Shown here one piece after another: positions 39,775 to 49,917 of a DNA stretch of 64,000 bases (position 1 is its first letter; every line of letters starts with the position of its first letter). Both the position numbers and the translations under genes were made by a program. The notes beneath the pieces were generated by a model that was not told the origin of the DNA, did not search any database, and saw only the letters and a program-made list of their open reading frames with translations. Source of the DNA: Ranitomeya imitator (taxonomy: Eukaryota). The stretch is from assembly GCF_032444005.1 (NCBI RefSeq), contig NC_091286.1, positions 72,230,001 through 72,294,000 on the forward strand, written 5' to 3'.

Positions 39775-40925
39775 AGTCACATAGTGACTCTGCTTCAATA
39801 AGATGACCGGCGACATAGCGACACTGCTTCAATAAGATGACAGGCGACATAGTGACGCTGCTTCAGTAAGATGACAGGTGACATAGGGAAGCTGCTTCAA
39901 TAAGATGACCGGTGACATAGTGAAGCTGCTTCAATAGGGACAGGCGACATAGTGAAGCTGCTTCAATGAGATGACAGGTGACATAGGGAAGCTGCTTCAA
40001 TAAGATGACCGGCGACATAGCGACACTGCTTCAATAAGATGACCGGCGACATAGCGACACTGCTTCAATAAGATAACAGGCGACATAGTGACGCTGCTTC
40101 AGTAAGATGACAGGTGACATAGGGAAGCTGCTTCAATAAGCAATAAGATGACCGGTGACATAGTGACGCTGCTTCAATAAGATGACAGGGGACATAGTGA
40201 CGCTGCTTCAATAAGATGACAGGCGACATAGTGACGCTGCTTCAATAAGATGACAGGGGACATAGTGACGCTGCTTCAATAAGATGACAGGCGACATAGT
40301 GACGCTGCTTCAATAAGATGACAGGCGACATAGTGACGCTGCTTCAGTAAGATGACAGGCGACATAGTGACGCTGATTCAATAAGATGACGGGCGACATA
40401 GTGACGCTGCTTCAGTAAGATGACAGGTGACATAGTGACGCTGATTCAATAAGATGACAGGCGACATAGTGACGCTGCTTCAATAAGATGACAGGGGACA
40501 TAGTGACGCTGCTTCAATGAGATGACAGGCGACATAGTGATGCTTCTTCAGTAAGATGACAGGCGACATAGTGACGCTGCTTCAGTAAGATGACAGGTGA
40601 CATAGTGACGCTGATTCAATAAGATGACAGGCGACATAGTGACGCTGCTTCAATAAGATGACAGGGGACATAGTGACGCTGCTTCAATGAGATGACAGGC
40701 GACATAGTGACGCTGCTTCAATGAGATGACAGGCGACATAGTGACGCTGCTTCAGTAAGATGACAGGCGACATAGTGACGCTTCTTCAGTAAGATGACAG
40801 GCGACATACATAGTGACACTGCTTCAGTAAGATGACAGGCGACATAGTGACGCTGCTTCAGTAAGATGACAGGCGACATAGTGACGCTGCTTCAGTAAGA
40901 TGACAGGCGACATAGTGAAGCTGTT
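39775..40925. repeat. 34-bp minisatellite (~33 units)
   Basis: Unit gacatagtgacgctgcttcaataagatgacaggc. Confidence 0.95.
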
Positions 40926-41132
40926 TAGGAAACCAAGATGGAAAACCATGCGTTGTATGAACAGTAGCACAGCATTTATATTAGATCCAGTGGGAAGGGT
41001 ATTGGGAGACATTTTTCACACAATTTTTAATATGGAAAATGTTCTTTCCACTCAAAAAACCCCCAAACCGTGACCATACCACCAGGGTCTGCACCAGCAT
41101 AGCAGCATGTGCTTCCTGTGCATCAGTAAAAC

Positions 41133-41270
41133 CAGTGGTCCCCAACTCCAGGCCTCGAGGGCCGCCAACAGTGCAGGTTTTCAGGATTTCCTTAGTATTG
41201 CGCAATACTAAGGAAATCCTGAAAACCTGCACTGTTGGCGGCCCTCGAGGCCTGGAGTTGGGGACCACTG
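41133..41270. mobile_element. 138-bp perfectly palindromic hAT-type MITE
   Basis: cagtggtccccaac termini, 8-bp TSD AGTAAAAC (41125-41132 / 41271-41278), 69-bp arms with no spacer. Confidence 0.9.
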
Positions 41271-41283
41271 AGTAAAACCATTA

Positions 41284-41478
41284 GGCTGCCGTCACAATAG
41301 CAGTATTTGGTCAGTATTTTACATCAGTATTTGTAAGCCAAAACCAGGAGTGGAACAAATAGAGGAAAAGTATAATAGAAACATATGCACCACTTCTGGA
41401 TTTATCACCCACTCCTGATTTTGGCTTACAAATACTGAGGTAAAATACTGAACAAATACTGCTAGTGTGACCGCAGCC
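41284..41478. mobile_element. Harbinger-like MITE
   Basis: TTA|ggctgccgtcaca ... tgtgaccgcagcc|TTA. Confidence 0.8.
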
Positions 41479-41699
41479 TTAGCACACACGTCCCAGACAC
41501 GTACACAGATACACCACATGTCTGACATGGACTCCAATTACACAGAAGAAATACTTTTTTTCTTTTTACAATAGTTGGATTGGAAATCTGATATTGGCTT
41601 TGACTGATCATCCCACCAATCTGAAAAAAAATAATAGAAAGATTTCACGGGATTTGTGCAAAATCTAAATCATTTATTGAATCAGGAGTGAAAGCATAG

Positions 41700-41950
41700 G
41701 CAGAGATTTCCAGCATTACATAACGTTTGCCGGCGCCATAATCTTGTAGTACGCCGCCATGTTTTTGCAGCCCGTCTCCCTCTAGTTTTTTCCCACTCTC
41801 CTGAAGTAGCGCTTACAATAACAACCAATGGGAGGGCACGTATCATAGAATGTTACGAAACACAAGTGAGAGTCGCGCTCCTATTGGTGGAAGGTTGGCG
41901 GCGGGATTGCAGGCACAGAAGGTGACCTGTGCGCAGTGTGTTTCCGGTGC
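41700..41950. promoter_or_regulatory. CpG-rich MKKS promoter, probably bidirectional (MKKS / SLX4IP)
   Basis: YY1-like gccgccatgtt (41753), partial ZNF143-like cttgtagt (41743), oppositely oriented CCAAT boxes (41825, 41883), ETS ttccgg (41942). The head-to-head MKKS-SLX4IP arrangement in mammals is recalled knowledge. Confidence 0.7.
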
Positions 41951-41991
41951 TGAACCTCCTGCGCCACAGCCGGCTGCTGTGTACGGTACAG
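41900..41991 (+). other. MKKS: MKKS non-coding exon 1 (5' end approximate)
   Basis: Strong donor CAG|GTGAGG at 41991/41992 just downstream of the promoter motifs. Confidence 0.6.
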
Positions 41992-43328
41992 GTGAGGCGG
42001 AGCTGCGGGGAATGGTGACATAACGTAAGACACTCGGTGGGAACCTGCAGCCGAGCACTGGTAATGGGGGTGTCACGTGGTGTGGAAAGGTGTAGCCTAG
42101 AACTCGCTACACATGTATCACTGTGGCTGCTCAGGCTCCAGGAGCGAATGATGTGAAAATAAAAATGGTAACAATGAAGCCGAACAGCTGGGAACACAAC
42201 CAAGGTAGAAGAGCGCTTCCATCTAAGTGTGGAGGTGCGCGAGGCTGGTTGCCACGGGCAACAGTTCCGTTTTGGCATGAGTCTAGATTAGGGATGAGCG
42301 GACCGTAGTAGTCCCGGTTCTGTTACCGGAGCCGAGCTTGATTCCAAGGTTTGGTCATGGTGCCAGTACTGTTCCCGAACTCCAGGAACAGGAGCACAAG
42401 TAGGTAGCTAGATGGCACTTCTTCCCCCTCACCCCGACGCGCGTTTCCCCGACGCCCTCGGGTGCCAGCCGGCGCTGTGTCTGATCAAATGCAGACTATG
42501 CGAGCCCTAAATAAGCGCCTCTAAGGAGTCTTTTATTTTGTATCTATGCCAAACGAGCCCAAACTGTGTATTCTCATTACGAGAGAGAATTTCCATCCCA
42601 TGTAGTGATTTAGTTTATTCCTGATTTGAAGTTTGAAAAAAAACCTGTTCCTACTTCTGCACGTGCTCTGTGCACATATAATCTTTTTAGACGCCAGGGC
42701 ACTCACTGATTGTATCCAGGTGAAGCAGATTCGTGACACCGCAAGCGATCATTTTCCTGAAGTGGATTCACCAGGGTTTTTCTGCCATTTATTCAGCTGC
42801 CTCCGCTGCATTACATGCAAGTGTAGAAAGCTGGTGACTTCCCTGCTGAAGAAAGAGCTTATTTTAACCAGTTCAAGGCTTCCGATCCCTGAAGTGGTGA
42901 AAAGATGGAACATGAAAAAAGAGCTCACCGACCCAAAAAGAGGACTTGGAAATCCTCCAGAAATTTTTCAAAAAACGCCAGATTAAAGGCAGAGATGCTT
43001 ACCTGCCTAGTACTCCAAAGGCACTATCAGGGTGCAGTGGGCCCGATTAAAGATGGCGGCTACACAAGTGCAGCAATACCGATGAAACAGCCACTCTCAA
43101 CCTACCAATCCATGGAGGGGTGGCTATTTGGTATATTGGTGCACAAAAGATACAAATCTGTATACAGCATTAAGTACAGCATGCACTGTGCACATTAGGA
43201 GATGGTTGTGAGGTTTTTCTGTATATTTAAGTATTGGATGCTTGCTGCCTCCAGCCTGATCTTGCACTCCTCCCATTGACCTGCAGGTGACCGTAATCAG
43301 CTCTACCTGCCCATAAATTGTAGGCTTA

Positions 43329-43739
43329 GGCTACTTTCACACTAGCGTCGGAATCTCCCCGTCGCAATGCTTCGGGCAGAGATTCCGACGCTAGCGTTTA
43401 ACGCACTGCACAGCAGAGGCAGCGGATGCATTTCTCCGGCGCCCCATTGTGAGGTGCGGGGAGGTGGGGGCGGAGTTCTGGCCGCGCATGCGCGGTCGGA
43501 AAAAGCGGTCCGTCAGGAGCAAAAAACGTTACATGTAGCGTTTTTTGCTCCCGACGGTCCGCCAAAGCACGACGCATCCATCGCACGACGGATGCGACGT
43601 GTGGCAATCCGTCGCAATGCGTCGTCAATACAAGTCTATGGGGAAAAAACGCATCCTGCAAGCACTTTTGCAGGATGCGTTTTTTCTGCAAAACGACGCA
43701 TTGTGACGGATTGCAGTTAACGCTAGTGTGAAAGTAGCC
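43329..43739. mobile_element. Harbinger-like MITE in MKKS intron 1
   Basis: TTA|ggctactttcacactagcgt ... acgctagtgtgaaagtagcc|TTA. Confidence 0.85.
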
Positions 43740-43769
43740 TTAGCCTGGGAGTGACATGAGTGTCCATAA

Positions 43770-43964
43770 GGGCTCATACTCACCTGCGAGAAACTCGGAT
43801 GAGTCTCGCATGTTAATACCCGGCGCTGCTGCCGCCACTCAGGAGCAGAGCGTGCAGCTTCATGTATTGCTATGCGGCCGCACGCTCCGATCTGAGTGCC
43901 AGCAGCAGCGCCGGGCATTAACATGCGAGGCTCATCCGAGTTTCTCGCAGGTGCGTATGAGCCC
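43770..43964. mobile_element. Harbinger-like MITE
   Basis: gggctcatac.cacctgcgagaaactcggatgag inverted at both ends; TWA flanks. Confidence 0.8.
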
Positions 43965-45117
43965 TTAGTTGTAGGTTGATAGCCCAAGAGAGGCATGTAC
44001 GGTAGAGCAGGGGCCCATCAGAGGGAGGTCACCTTGCCTTGGTTGATGGGCGGGCATACATGAATCGGCCAATTTGTGCACTAAGAACCTTCATTTTTCA
44101 TTCATAACCGTAAGTTTAAAAACATTTTTTTAAAAATATTTTTTTGAGTAGTAAACTCAAAATTGAATGTTTTGTTTTCTATAGATCTATCCATTTATCT
44201 GTATATAGATGTATATCTACCTATAGATCTATCAAATCTATCTGTGTGTAAACATTATTCTTCAACGGAGTATCTAAAAGAAGAGGTTGGACAATAGGTT
44301 GAACTAACATCACAATTATTTTTTTTTTTTTGTTAAATAATAGATCTTTATTTAGTCTACAAAAACGCATACAAATCCGCATGAAAAAAACACAAGAGTC
44401 CACATCAAATCCGCATGGATTTTTACCTGCATTTTCTGCCAAGAGATGCAGAAACTGCGCAGAAAATTCCACAGGCAAATCTGCAATGTGTGCACATACC
44501 CTAAATGCATTTATATATTTAAAATAACAAACGGAGCATATACCTTCCTGACGCTTTCATTGGTCTCAATGTTTTGGCTGCAGTGGTGCATCATGTTGAC
44601 AGGTCACTTTACCGCTACAGCCAATCATTGAGCTCAGCGGAAGGCACAATTAATAACAGCATGTGGATATGTGAAAAAATACCACCCATCTCACCAAGGA
44701 AAGAGAAAACGGTATTGTGTGCGGAATAGAAGCTGTACTGATAAGAGCAATGAATACGGCCACATCCTGGGTGCACGCATACCCTATGTTCAGCCTATAT
44801 AACTGTGAGGGTCAATCCCAAAAGAGAAAGTTCTGAAACTTGGATCAGGCAGCAAACAGCATTTCAGGGGTTTTGAAAGTGAATAATGAAATGAAGATTG
44901 CTGGCTGAAACTTTGTACCTGTGTACCTAACATATATCAAAAACATGTTTCATGTCAAGGATTTCCATAACCTTTTAGAGATCTAAATTTGACTTTTCTG
45001 TGGGCATTCTTGGTCTCGCTTGTACTCATACATGCGTCTTTCTCCAGGCCCTGCTGTGTTATTTCCGTTATTTTTGTAGCATTATTTTTCTTATATATAT
45101 TTTTTGTTTTTGTGTAG

Positions 45118-45338
45118 ATTGATCCAAGTGATGGGACTAAAATCAATATGGAAGAGCTACAAAGTTTTGATTGTTATGGGAACAAGTCTTGGAGTAATAC
45201 ACTGGGGCTGGATTAACATGCAGTCAAACCAAATATTTCATCCTGAGGGTCAAGGTCGACTACCATCCATTTTTCGGTTTCTTTCAAGAAAAGAAACGGA
45301 TCCCAAAGACAAATAATGGTGTGATTGTGGTCCTTTAG
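45118..45338 (+). other. MKKS: MKKS exon 2 (5' leader exon carrying uORF1)
   Basis: Polypyrimidine tract with tgtgtAG| at 45117 and donor AG|GTAGGT at 45339. Confidence 0.8.
45131..45316 (+). CDS. MKKS upstream-ORF microprotein uMKKS1-like, 61 aa, single TM helix
   Basis: MGLKSIWKSYKVLIVMGTSLGVIHWGWINMQSNQIFHPEG...; closely resembles the human MKKS-leader peptide as I recall it (MSLRNLWRDYKVLVVMVPLVGLIHLGW...); same exon-2 position. Confidence 0.85.
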   Translation: MGLKSIWKSYKVLIVMGTSLGVIHWGWINMQSNQIFHPEGQGRLPSIFRFLSRKETDPKDK

Positions 45339-46663
45339 GTAGGTGTCTATTCTATCCATCTGTATTTCCAGCTTTTACATACCATGCTCCAAAACTAAAC
45401 ATCAGGGCATTCGTTTGCACATTTGCTGTGTTTAAAATTGACAAATCTGTAATAAAGCTGCATGTGCATGGCCATATTACAGCTCATTATGGACAGACTT
45501 GGAAATGGGCACCCATAGAGTTATTTACTGTACCTGCACATACATATGAAGTTTTTTTATTCTGTCAATTAAATATGTGACATCAGCCTTATGTAAGATA
45601 CTATTCTCATATTTGAGCATTAGTACTAGGAGAGAATAGTACTAGGAGAGAATAGCTCCGAACATGCGGCAGCACATGGTGAAGCCTCCTCCATACAACT
45701 CTGCCTTTTGCATGAGGCATCAAGTCATTCTGTTAAATTGTAAAAAATGTTTATTATGATTTGTTTATTGAAATCCAATTGACAATTTATCTGGCTCCCA
45801 GATCCGCTTACGAATTGTTGCCTCACTTTCACTCACTCCTTAAATGGGCTCTCCAGGAATGTAATAAAACTATCCCCATCCCATAACTCCATCGGCAACC
45901 TCTTCTAGTCACGTGTCAGGACAGGCTGCAATCTGAAGAAACACCGCTCCCGAGACCTGTGCCTCAACTGACAGAGGAGCTTTGTTGTAAACACACGTTC
46001 CTGCGTGAGAACAGGAGAAAAAAATAAATATCTACTCAGCTCATTGTGCACAGAGGACTGAGACTGGGGAAAAAGAACTTTTGTGATCAGCTAGTTGAGG
46101 AGAAGAATTACTTCTTCTGTCAAAGCCCTTATCCAGTAGGTGAGCTTATAATAGAGCTCCTCTGTCAGCTGAGGCACAAGTCTCAAAAGCTCTTTTTCTT
46201 AATACTACAGCCTGTCCTGACATGTTACTAGAATGGGCTGCCCCCTGTTGTTGATGTACGCACTAGGATGAATGACAAATCTATGTATAATACATAAATA
46301 TTACTTTAAGCCTTTTTTTTTGGGGGGGGGGGTGCTTTGCTGTAAAGGAATACACAGCCCAGCAAAGGCACATGCCGGCAAAACGGAGACCAAAAGGACA
46401 GTTGGCTTCTTTCTAGTGGATGGGAATACTGGGAAAAACTCCTGATGTTTCCTTGACAAAGCGCACTTAACTTTAAAGGTGTAGTCAGACGGCCATATAA
46501 ATCAGATTGCAATGACTGGCCGACTCTCCCGGCCCGAGCATAACAGCTTCATAGAAATATATGCAATTGTCGCTTGGGAGAGCCACCGGTCCAGTCTGTG
46601 CACTGCGTTCCGATCTCTATACGGCCTTCCGACTGTGCCCTTACTCTGCTTTTCCTATGTAGT

Positions 46664-47231
46664 CAACACACCTCATGGAAGCAAGAAATCACAGTAAACA
46701 CAAATATAGAAAGTAGTAAATATCCATATACTGTGACTTATGTATCTTCTATAGACATAACAGCGGGATAAAGTCGCCAAACTTATATCGACCAAAGAAA
46801 AAACACACGACAAAGAAAATCCCAAAATATTTGAAATAATACATATAAATTTATTTAGAAAATCAGGTAAGATGACAAACAACTGGAATGGGAGGGAGAG
46901 TACAACCACATAACACATGTCAAAATAAGGACACCCACAGGACTCAAAAAATAATCATAGAGTTATATATAGGTAGCTCAGGACATACCTACTAGTAATA
47001 TAGTACTACACTTCATAGTAGTAGGTATGTCCTGAGCTACCTATATATAACTCTATGATTATTTTTTGAGTCCTGTGGGTGTCCTTATTTTGACATGTGT
47101 TATGTGGTTGTACTCTCCCTCCCATTCCAGTTGTTTGTCATCTTTTACCTGATTTTCTAAATAAATTTATATGTATTATTTCAAATATTTTGGGATTTTC
47201 TTTGTCGTGTGTTTTTTCTTTGGTCGATATA
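46664..47231. mobile_element. TSD-flanked inverted-duplication insertion (probable retroelement-end remnant)
   Basis: 14-bp direct repeat ttttcctatgtagt at 46650-46663 and 47232-47245; near-perfect ~211-bp arms at 46784-46994 and 47019-47231. Confidence 0.75.
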
Positions 47232-48069
47232 TTTTCCTATGTAGTGCCTATAATGTATACCTGCCTACATATTATCCTCGCCATACCAGCTGATGGCTAG
47301 AGGTTTTAGCCACTATTCTACAGGGCGCCCCATAGTACAGAAGGGGTTGTCTAGGTCTCAGCCTTGTAATTGTTATTCATTTAAGTTCACTAATTTTATA
47401 AAAGACCCCAGTAGTTGCTGGCATGCAATACTTTTCTTTCAAGGGATCTTCAAATCTATAAAATGTATGCATATCATTGACTTTTCCATCACTTTGATTG
47501 TTATGGATCCTGCGCTGACCTTGGAAATGAATCTGCCGCTGTTATAATAAAGTGCCTCAGCCCCTTTTACAGGTTTCTGTGGGGAGCAGCACCTTCCATT
47601 CTAGGGAATAGCCTGGTGTGCCGCTCTACAGAAAATGAGTGAACGTTCCATAGTGAAAGTCAGCTTTACATCTTGTATTTTTAGAATCATTGGGGTCCCA
47701 GAGATCAGATCTCCAGAATGCTTTATCCTAATGCTCATTGTACAAACTCCTTTAAAGCACCATTCCAGCGGTTTTTTTGTTTTTCAGCACTGGAGTGGCG
47801 CTTTACACGTAAGCACCTTGCCCCCATTCTTATACTTACCCTCTGGCAGCTTCAACTTTTACAGACGCTTCTCCAGTCCCTCAGCGCCGTTTTGTGAGCT
47901 CAGCTACTGGCTGGAAGTCAATGCAAGTCTGTGAGAGCCAGCACCGGTCTGTCATAGACTTGTATTGAAAACTTGCCTCCAGTTCGCTCCATGAAACCCT
48001 GGAGCATCCGTCAGGTCACTTTTCGCAGGACAGCGACGCTGGAAAAGGATGAAGACGGTAGGGGACTTA

Positions 48070-48432
48070 GGCTATGTACAGGCGTTGCGGATTTCTGTGC
48101 GGATTTTTCCGCTCAGTTTTTGAAAAATCCGCAGGTAAAAGGCACTACGTTTTACCTGCTCATTACCCGTGGATTTTCTATGGATTTACAGCATTTTTTG
48201 TGCCGATTTCACCTGCGTTTTACCACCTACGGATTCCTATAAATTATCAGGTGTTAAACGCTGCAGAATCCGCACAAAGAATTGACCTGCTGCAGAAAAT
48301 GCAACGCAGCATTTCTGCGCGGTATTTTCCGCAGCATGTGTACTGTGTTTTCCATAGGTTTACATGGTACTGTAAACCGGATGGAAAACTGCTGCGAATC
48401 TGCAGGCAAATCCACAACATGTGCACATAGCC
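48070..48432. mobile_element. Harbinger-like MITE in MKKS intron 2
   Basis: TTA|ggctatgtaca ... tgtgcacatagcc|TTA. Confidence 0.8.
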
Positions 48433-48585
48433 TTACTTGGCAAAAAAAACCTCTGCAGTAGTGCTTTAAACAAAATTTACAATAGTTTCCGTATTTCAGA
48501 ATGAAATTGAATGTAATTGCCATTTCTTTTCTTTTCCCCCAGATTTTTTAAGATCTGCTCTCCTTGACCTGGAATCCGAGGTGCC

Positions 48586-48738
48586 ATGAAGCAGAAATCA
48601 TTTTTGCGGAGGAACTGGTTCTGGGTCGCTGGGATATCCTTTCTAGGCATTCACTTTGGGACATATTTTATTCAAAGAATTGCAAAGAGTTCTGCTAGAG
48701 AAACTGTGGCCATCAGAGATGCTAAAAGCAGCGACTGA
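48586..48738 (+). CDS. MKKS upstream-ORF microprotein uMKKS2-like, 50 aa, single TM helix (below the ORF-track cutoff)
   Basis: gccATG context 43 nt after the exon-3 acceptor (AG 48541-48542). MKQKSFLRRNWFWVAGISFLGIHFGTYFIQRIAKSSARETVAIRDAKSSD* resembles human MKNTSWIRKNWLLVAGISFIGVHLGTYFLQRSAK as recalled. Confidence 0.88.
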   Translation: MKQKSFLRRNWFWVAGISFLGIHFGTYFIQRIAKSSARETVAIRDAKSSD

Positions 48739-48860
48739 CCAGACTGCCCCCTTCACGACCGTGCCGCTGGATAACTCACAAGCCCCCAATGTTCGTGCTA
48801 TCAGTGCTTGCCAGCGTACATCCGTCATGTCACACATTTCCCCCCTGTTGGTGTAAGATT

Positions 48861-48866
48861 AATAAA
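48861..48866 (+). terminator. Candidate internal poly(A) signal between uORF2 and the MKKS start
   Basis: AATAAA followed by U-rich sequence, 60 nt before the main ATG. Confidence 0.5.
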
Positions 48867-48926
48867 TTATATGATTTTTAAATCCTAAACTGATTTAATT
48901 TTCTTGAGGAATAGGAATTTTACATA

Positions 48927-49917
48927 ATGGAAAGAGTTGAACAGAAAAAGCAGTCGTCGTGTACAGCCGGGCCCCTAACCAGTGCATCGCTCAGGCAGGC
49001 AGTGAGTGTGATGCAGATGATGGTGGCATCCTGCTATGGCCCGTATGGAAGACTGAAGCAGATCCATAATGATAGTGGCGGGTACGTCACCACGACCTCA
49101 CAGTCCGCTGCCTTACTCGGTGGGATTTCGGTCACTCATCCTGCACTACAGTTACTAGTCGCCTCCATCCGTAATCATACCTTCGCCTTCAGTGATTGTG
49201 GACTCTTTGCAGCAATTCTTTGTTGCAGCTTGATTGACAGGTGCCTGAGATTACCGGTCTCTACCCACAAGGTGGTTAAGGCACACCAGAGTCTTACGGA
49301 CATGTGTTTGAGTTACCTGAAGTCGGAGGACTGTGCTTGCAAAATCAATGTGGATTTTACCCACAGCAAATTGCTGCTTGCCCTGACCCGCTCCGTGCTG
49401 TACAGCAAGCCGGCATGCATGATGACCAGAACAGAAGTAGATTATGTCAGTCTACTGATCGTTAAAGCTTTTCTCTACAAAGTACCCAACGTTTCCGCTA
49501 CCAGTCACCTCTTAGGAAGAACCGTGGTCGTGGCTGTGGAAGGCGCAAGCGTTATGGACTCTGCCTTCATCCCTGGCGTGCTCATTGAGGCGCCAGCCTG
49601 CGGTTGGAGCAGAACGATGCCTTCCTCTAGACTGCCCCCAACCAACATTAAGTTAGCCTTGTTTTCCGGATCGTTATGTGGAGAATTTAGTGAAACAGGA
49701 GACGGCACAGTGGAAGTTATGGCTGGGGTAGATCCAGAAAAAGTCATGTTGGACCAGTTGCTAGATTTAGGACGACAGTTAGTGGATGATGATGTGCAAA
49801 TACTTTTGTGTCAAAAAGTGATCCACCCGTCCCTGAAACAGTATCTGAAGGAGCACGATATCTGTGCCTTGGACAGATTAGGAGCAGCTCTGATGGAACC
49901 ATTAAGTGAAATGACAG
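48927..49917 (+). CDS. MKKS: MKKS/BBS6 chaperonin-like protein, coding part of exon 3 (aa 1-330)
   Basis: SCYGPYGRLKQ, FSDCGLFAAILCC, SKPACM, LCQKVIHPSLKQ, LMEPL..MTG match vertebrate MKKS; phase-1 donor G|GTAATA at 49918. Confidence 0.96.

Noticed and set aside
39775-40925. Regular 34-bp array superficially like a CRISPR array
   Set aside because: Units are contiguous with no unique spacers, there are no cas genes, and the context is eukaryotic.
40981-41275. Identical peptide encoded on both strands
   Set aside because: A trivial consequence of the perfect palindromic MITE.
42633-42986. 117-aa ORF with a signal-peptide-like start
   Set aside because: It begins at TTG within MKKS intron 1, with no splice support and no recognisable family. 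At most a decayed retroelement fragment.
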